Below the pieces are notes generated by a model. That model had not been told where the DNA came from and ran no database searches. It was given only the letters and a program-made list of their open reading frames with translations. From the human T2T-CHM13v2.0 reference genome, Homo sapiens: a DNA stretch of 64,000 bases. Numbering within the stretch: position 1 is the first letter of the stretch; every line of letters begins with the position of its first letter. Below, piece after piece: positions 51,262-64,000 of this stretch. The translations under genes and the position numbers were made by a program. The stretch is taken from NCBI RefSeq assembly GCF_009914755.1, contig NC_060933.1; one strand, given 5' to 3'.

Positions 51262-53437
51262 TATTGGGGGAACCCACCCCCAATATTTCAGCATAGGTTC
51301 TTTCTATTTTCCATAAGTGTCGGCTGGCTGAGAAATAAAGAGAAAGAGTAAAAAGAGAGGAATTTTACAGCTGGGCCGCTGGGGGTGACGTCACATATCA
51401 GTAGGACCGTGATGCCTGCCTGAGTCTCAGACCAGCAAGTTTTTATTAAGGGTTTCAAAAGGGGAGGGGGTATAAGAACAGGGAGTAGGTACAAAGATCA
51501 CATGCTTCCAAGGGCAAAAAGCAGAACTACTAATAAGGGTCCAACAAAGATCACAAGGCAAAGGGCAAAAGCAGAACTACTGATAAGGGTCCATGTTCAG
51601 CGGTGCACATATTGTCTTGATAAACATCTTAAACAACAGAAAACAGGGTTTGAGAGCAGAGAACCGGTCTGGCCACAAATTTACCAGGGCGGAGTTTTTC
51701 CCCACCCTAGTAAGCCTGTGAGGGTACTGCAGGAGACCAGGGCGTATCTCAGTCCTTATCTCAACTGCATAAGACAGACATTCCCAGAGTGGCTGTTTAT
51801 AGACCTCCCCCCAGGAATGCATTCCTTTCCCAGGGTATTAACATTAATATTCCTTGCTAGGAAAAGAATTTAGCGATATCTCTCCTACTTGCATGTCTGT
51901 TTTTTTTTTTCTTCAAGTAATTCAGCCACTACTTTAATACCACACTCTACATAAAACAAACACATTAAATGCCAAGCTGGCAGAGCCTCCCAGTATGCAC
52001 TACAGCTGCAAAAATAATGACATGGAAGGTTTCTTTTTGAAGGCTGAATTATTTGAGAGAAAATCAAACCATTTCTTTTAGACCAATCTAGCTGAACAAA
52101 TAAGACTTCTGTAAAGATTAAGGAGTCTATAGCACAAGAAATGCAGCATATTCATTTGCTATAGCTTCTACTCTTCGAATTTTACACTGGAGACCTAAAA
52201 AAAGAATAGCTTAAGTCTAAAATAGCCCATTATGAGACATTTCATATGCATAAATTCTCAATATTTCATAAATACTGTAACTACCAAAAAATCATTCATG
52301 CCTTAGATTTAGCAAATGGACCCTTGTGGAACATTGCATTTCTCAACCTGAGCAAACATAAGTTAAATATTTATAAAACAAAATATACTGAAACTATTTC
52401 AATTCTTGTAGGGGTAGAATAGACACTTTAAAGGAATCAGCCTGAACTTAGGAGTCTTCTGTGTATTAATAGTGAATATGCATATGCAAAAACTCTACAG
52501 AAATATTAAAATTGATAGAGTTTCTAAATTTTCATATCATATCAGAATATATAAACACAGGGGTTAGTCAACTATTTTACTAACTGATTGATATTGTCAG
52601 TCAGTATTGATTAGTTTGGTATTTAAAAATATATGGAAGTAAACTAAAAATAACTACTGCTTAGAAAACCTCAGCTGATATGTGGAAGGATTAGATAATT
52701 GGAACACTACAGAAAGGAGCAAAATGAAGAGTAGAATTCTCTGTCACTCAACTAACCCCATCTCTTTCTCCAAAGGCAGCCACTATTCAATTTTACTTCT
52801 GTTTCCTTCTGGAAAGGGTGAGAAAAAGATTTATTAATGTAGCAACAACTTGCACATCTGTTTATAGGCTCTCTGCAAGAAGAAAAATATGGCTCTTTTT
52901 GCCCGACCCCACAGGCAGTCAGACCTTATGGTTGTCTTCCCCTGTTCCCTGAAAATCGCTGCTATTCTGTTCTTTTTCAAGGTGCACTGATTTCATATTG
53001 TTCAAACACACATGTTTTACAATCAATTAGTACAGTTAACACAGTTGTCACAGTGGTCCTGAGGTGTCGTACATCCTCAGCTTATGAAGATAACAGGATT
53101 AAGAGATTGAAGTAAAGACAGGCATAAGAAATTATAAAAGTATTATTTGGGAACTGATAAATGTCCATATCAAAATGAAATCTTCACAATTTATGTTCAG
53201 AGATTAAAGACAGGTGTAAGAAATTATAAAAGTATTGTTTGGGAACTGATAAATGTCCATATTAAAATGAAATCTTCACAATTTATGTTCAGAGATTAAA
53301 GACAGGTGTAAGAAATTATAAAAGTATTATTTGGGAACTGATAAATGTCCATTTTAAAATGAAATCTTCACAATTTATGTTCCTCTGCCGCAGCTCCAGC
53401 TGGTCCCTCCGTTCGGGGTCCCTGACTTCCCACAACA
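51262..53437 (-). mobile_element. MER11 (B/C-like) solo LTR containing a ~945-bp insertion
   Basis: Reverse-complement MER11 termini; perfect TSD GTCCCC (51256-51261 / 53438-53443); internal ~90-bp tandem units 53105-53380. Confidence 0.9.
51903..52847 (-). pseudogene. Unidentified polyadenylated retrocopy (3'UTR-like or transduced sequence)
   Basis: Poly(A) tail (T-run 51900-51910), ATTAAA at 51938-51933, ~16-bp TSD ACTTGCATGTCTGTTT / ACTTGCACATCTGTTT. Confidence 0.75.
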
Positions 53438-53444
53438 GTCCCCA

Positions 53445-56630
<3,186 letters not shown>

Positions 56631-56875
56631 TTTAATATTCTCTTTTAATTTATTTCATTCACGTTTTGGCTATATTTGTATTATTTTTTATTGGCTGCTG
56701 TGGGGATTATAACATACGTAACCTAACTTTTAACAGTCTATTTAGATTTGATACTTTACCACTGCAGTTATAGTCTTGTGGTCCTATAACCACATGGATC
56801 ACTTCCCCTTCCTGCTTCATGTGGTAGTTTTCATGTGAATTATATTCACATGTATGTGCTGAAAAACTCCATTAG

Positions 56876-58874
<1,999 letters not shown>

Positions 58875-59800
58875 GTTCTTTCCACTTTTTTGTTTGTTTC
58901 TTTTTCTTTCTACCTTTTTCCCCCAATAGAATGTTTCTTATTTTGTCTTTGATCATCTATTGTGATCAGTTGATGCTATGCCTTCTTAGGCAAATTCTGC
59001 ATAGATGATATTTTGTCCTTCTCAGCATAGCTGTCCCTCATAGGTGATATTAAGTTTTTCACTCAATGAAACTGTTGTATTTCTCCACTATATGATAACT
59101 AATTTTTTCTCCTTTGGCTCCAATATGCAATCTGTGGGGACAGACTTGATGACCACACAATTACTACTCTTTATTAATATTTCTTCCTCAATTTAGCATC
59201 TATGATTATTCCTACCTTATCTACTCTCTACTATGATGTTTGCAAAATGATGATTTTTCAACTCTAGCACTTCCTCCACATTTCTCAGTAGGCATTTGGC
59301 ATTATGCTTAAGAAATAGATCACCATTCTCTATGTATGTATATGTATCCATATTTATAATATGTATGGATTCATTCATTTCTTTTTTTTCCAACGATTTA
59401 TAATTTCTTAATCTTATTTTGGTGCTCAAAGTGTCCCGGATTTGATCAGAGGGAATCTCTTTAAGCCGGCTCCTGAATCCATGTGTTAATTCCTTATTAT
59501 ATTTTTGAGCACTTCCTCATATTCTGTCATTAAAAGATTTTCCAGGCTCACAATATACCTGTCCTGCCCTAGGTGTAGATTCAGCAATTTATCTGAGGAA
59601 CCAGAGTTTCTTTTTGTGGGAAATGGCATTAGAGACTGAGATCTGACACTAGGTCTGTTCATTGCTATTGGAGTGTCTTTGCTTCTTGGTTCTTTCAACA
59701 AACAGTACTAGGAAATATGTATTTATACATATATACACACACACACACACACAAACCTGTATGTAAGAAATCATGATTCATATAATATTCATGTGCACAA

Positions 59801-60139
59801 ATAGTCATGTGCCGCATAACTACTTTTTGATCAGTGACAGACTGCATATACAAAGGTAGTCTCATGATTACATTACTGTATTTTACTGTACCTTTCCTAT
59901 GTTTAGATATGTTAAATGCACAAATACTTAACATTGTTTTACAATTGCCTACAGTATTTAGTATAGTAATGCTGTATAGGTTTATAGCCTAGGAGCAATA
60001 GGCCATACCATATAGCCTCGGTTTGCAGTAGGCTGTACCATTTAGGTTTAAGTACACTGTATGATGTTCCTATAGTGAATAAATCATCTGACAATGCATT
60101 TATCAGAATGTATCCCTGTTGTTAAGCTACACATGACTA
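59801..60139. mobile_element. Tigger3/MER7-like TcMar DNA transposon MITE
   Basis: Terminal inverted repeats TAGTCATGTG..CACATGACTA. Confidence 0.7.
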
Positions 60140-60160
60140 TAAATATTTACAAAATTATGA

Positions 60161-60830
<670 letters not shown>

Positions 60831-61898
60831 TAATATTCTGCTTTTAATGGAATTTTTAGCTTTTTCTATGATTTTGGTCTTAAAAGTCTTTATTTCATTT
60901 TTGGTTTTGAAAGATATCATTCTGGGTATAGAATCCTTGGTTGACTGTTTTGGTTCTTTGGGTTTTTTCTCCTGAGTACTTTGGAGGCATTTGTCTGTTG
61001 TCTTATGGCTTAACAGTAAATTTGCTGTGATTCTTCTTTATGTTCCCCTGTGTGTATGGAACTGGTTGTTGTGTTGGATACACAACTCTATTCATTTGGC
61101 CAAAATCATAAAATTAAGAAAAAGAGTGAATTTTACTGTATGTAAATTCTTAAATAAATAAATACATATATGTTAAAAGCATATTATGTACTTTGCATTG
61201 TATTAGTCTCTAAGAATACAATGATGAACAAGATAATTTTCAGTTTTATGAAGCTTACAACCTAGTGTATGCACAAAACCAATGATACATGGTAATTGAT
61301 GGTAGAGTACATGCTATAGGAATATAAATGCATACAATGTCTACTCTAGGGGAGAGGGAGGGATAGTATTAGCCCCAGGTAACCTAGGAGAGTGCCTTGT
61401 ACATGGTTGGTGTTCAAACAGTTCTTGAGTGAATTGTCTAACAAACCACTTGAAAATATAAGACCTGAAGTTAAGCAGAGATTAGACAGACAAGTCGCTA
61501 GTGTTCCTTCATTTATCCAGCAGTTACGTGTTGCCTGTTCTGCAGCCAAGCATTGTCGTTGTGCTTAATATGTAGCAGTGAACAAAAGAAAAGCCCGTCT
61601 TCATAAACTCAAGAGATTTATTTTCTAGTAGGGGAAACAGGCAATAAACAAAACAGATATGTAAAATAAATAATATATTAGATATCGATAAGTGGTGGGG
61701 AGAAAATAAACAAGGATGGGCTGCACAGGAGGAGGGAAGGTATGCATTTTTAAATAGCTTGACTGGGGAAGGCCTCATTGAGAATGTGACCTAGGAGTAC
61801 ATGGAGGAGGTTGCCTGGCCTAATCATATCAGTTTGTTATCAACCCTAGGTACTCTCTAAAAATGTATCAATGTATCAAATTATGCCTTGTATTATAA

Positions 61899-62208
<310 letters not shown>

Positions 62209-62396
62209 ATAACTATTCTTATCCTCATGTAAATTATAAATTTGTGATAATAAGGACAATGTACCTTTATGTATTTCATTTCTTTCTTTTTTTTTTCTTA
62301 AACTAATGACTAACAGCATTGAATTAGAAAAGGTGTTTAATCTCTGTGGAGTTATCTGCAAAATGAAAGAACTGGAAATAATTATTTCCAGGGTTC

Positions 62397-62695
<299 letters not shown>

Positions 62696-63349
62696 GAATT
62701 ATTTCCAGGGTTCTGTCCCATTCTAAAAACTTATATATTTATGAATTGAAGAATAAAATATATCTGAGAAATGATGGAATTTACTGGAATTGGAATGATA
62801 GAGCTGTAGAAGAACATCCACAACTTAGATCTCTTCTTTATAACATGAGATGATTACCAATACTTGGGGAATCCTTCTCAGTGAAACCAGATATACAAAA
62901 CACTGTTTCTTTGGGCCACCCTCTAGACATAAAATTACTTCATTTTACAGATTGTTTATTGTTTGGTATTACTTGTGGCACAGATTCCTAAACTCCTTTA
63001 GTAAGTATATGTGCCCACCACTATTTACAGATCACTCAACTGATCTAGTTAAAGTCCTCAGTAATGAATTTTATGTGCCAGATGCTTTCTTCAGTATTTG
63101 TGGTCTTTTTCTTTTTAAAAAGGCATTATTTTTAAAATAAAACACAGAAAAGTATAAAAAGTTATACCTGGAAGGGATTTGGGAAGAAATTATTCCTCTG
63201 ATTAATCATTGTACAGGTAAGCTGAATGATTATTACACACACATGCTCATTTTTTCAAACATCTGAGGCTGTTTTGAGGATATTGTTTGAGAGGATCACG
63301 ATTCAGTTAGTTCAGTACTGACTTCCCCAAGAGCTCTCATGGAGTTACT

Positions 63350-63540
63350 GCAGGTTGAACATCCATAATCTGAAATCCAAACTGCTCTAAAATCTGAAAT
63401 TTTTTGATTGCCGACATGATTCCTTAAGTGGAAAATTCCACACCTGACTTGCGTTTGCAGTCAAAACGCAGGTGTACAACACAGTTCATTCAACATCCTC
63501 AAGGGAAAAAGACCCTCCCTGCTCCCTTCAGCTGCGGTAG
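63350..63540. mobile_element. Tigger4/MER46-like DNA transposon fragment
   Basis: CAGGTTGAACATCCATAATCTGAAATCC..GGAAAATTCCACACCTGAC. Confidence 0.65.

Positions 63541-64000
<460 letters not shown>

Noticed and set aside
53105-53380. CRISPR-like repeat array
   Set aside because: Contiguous tandem units without unique spacers inside a primate LTR; no cas genes.

Overview
Human-type (primate, Alu-rich) genomic DNA containing the head-to-head gene pair NOL8 (minus strand) and CENPP (plus strand), which share a CpG-island promoter at about 21.6-22.8 kb. For NOL8, 11 coding exons can be assembled in frame from ATG 20690 down to 2282; the rest of the gene lies left of the window. One NOL8 intron (12668-15146) is a U12-type AT-AC minor-spliceosome intron. 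For CENPP, coding exons 1-4 are present (22528-42316) and the remainder lies right of the window. The introns are dense in Alu, L1, L2, MIR, DNA-transposon and LTR remnants (MER11 x2, MLT2A/HERV-L, MLT1, an ERV1-type LTR). Less obvious features are a degraded antisense PHAF1/C16orf70 processed pseudogene split by a MER11 LTR, an unidentified ~945-bp polyadenylated retrocopy inside a second MER11 LTR, other small retro-insertions, and several local duplications or templated insertions. I see no evidence for a new multi-gene system. Almost all short ORFs in the track are Alu/L1 translations. Gene and repeat names come from recognition of the sequence, not from database searches, and repeat boundaries are approximate.
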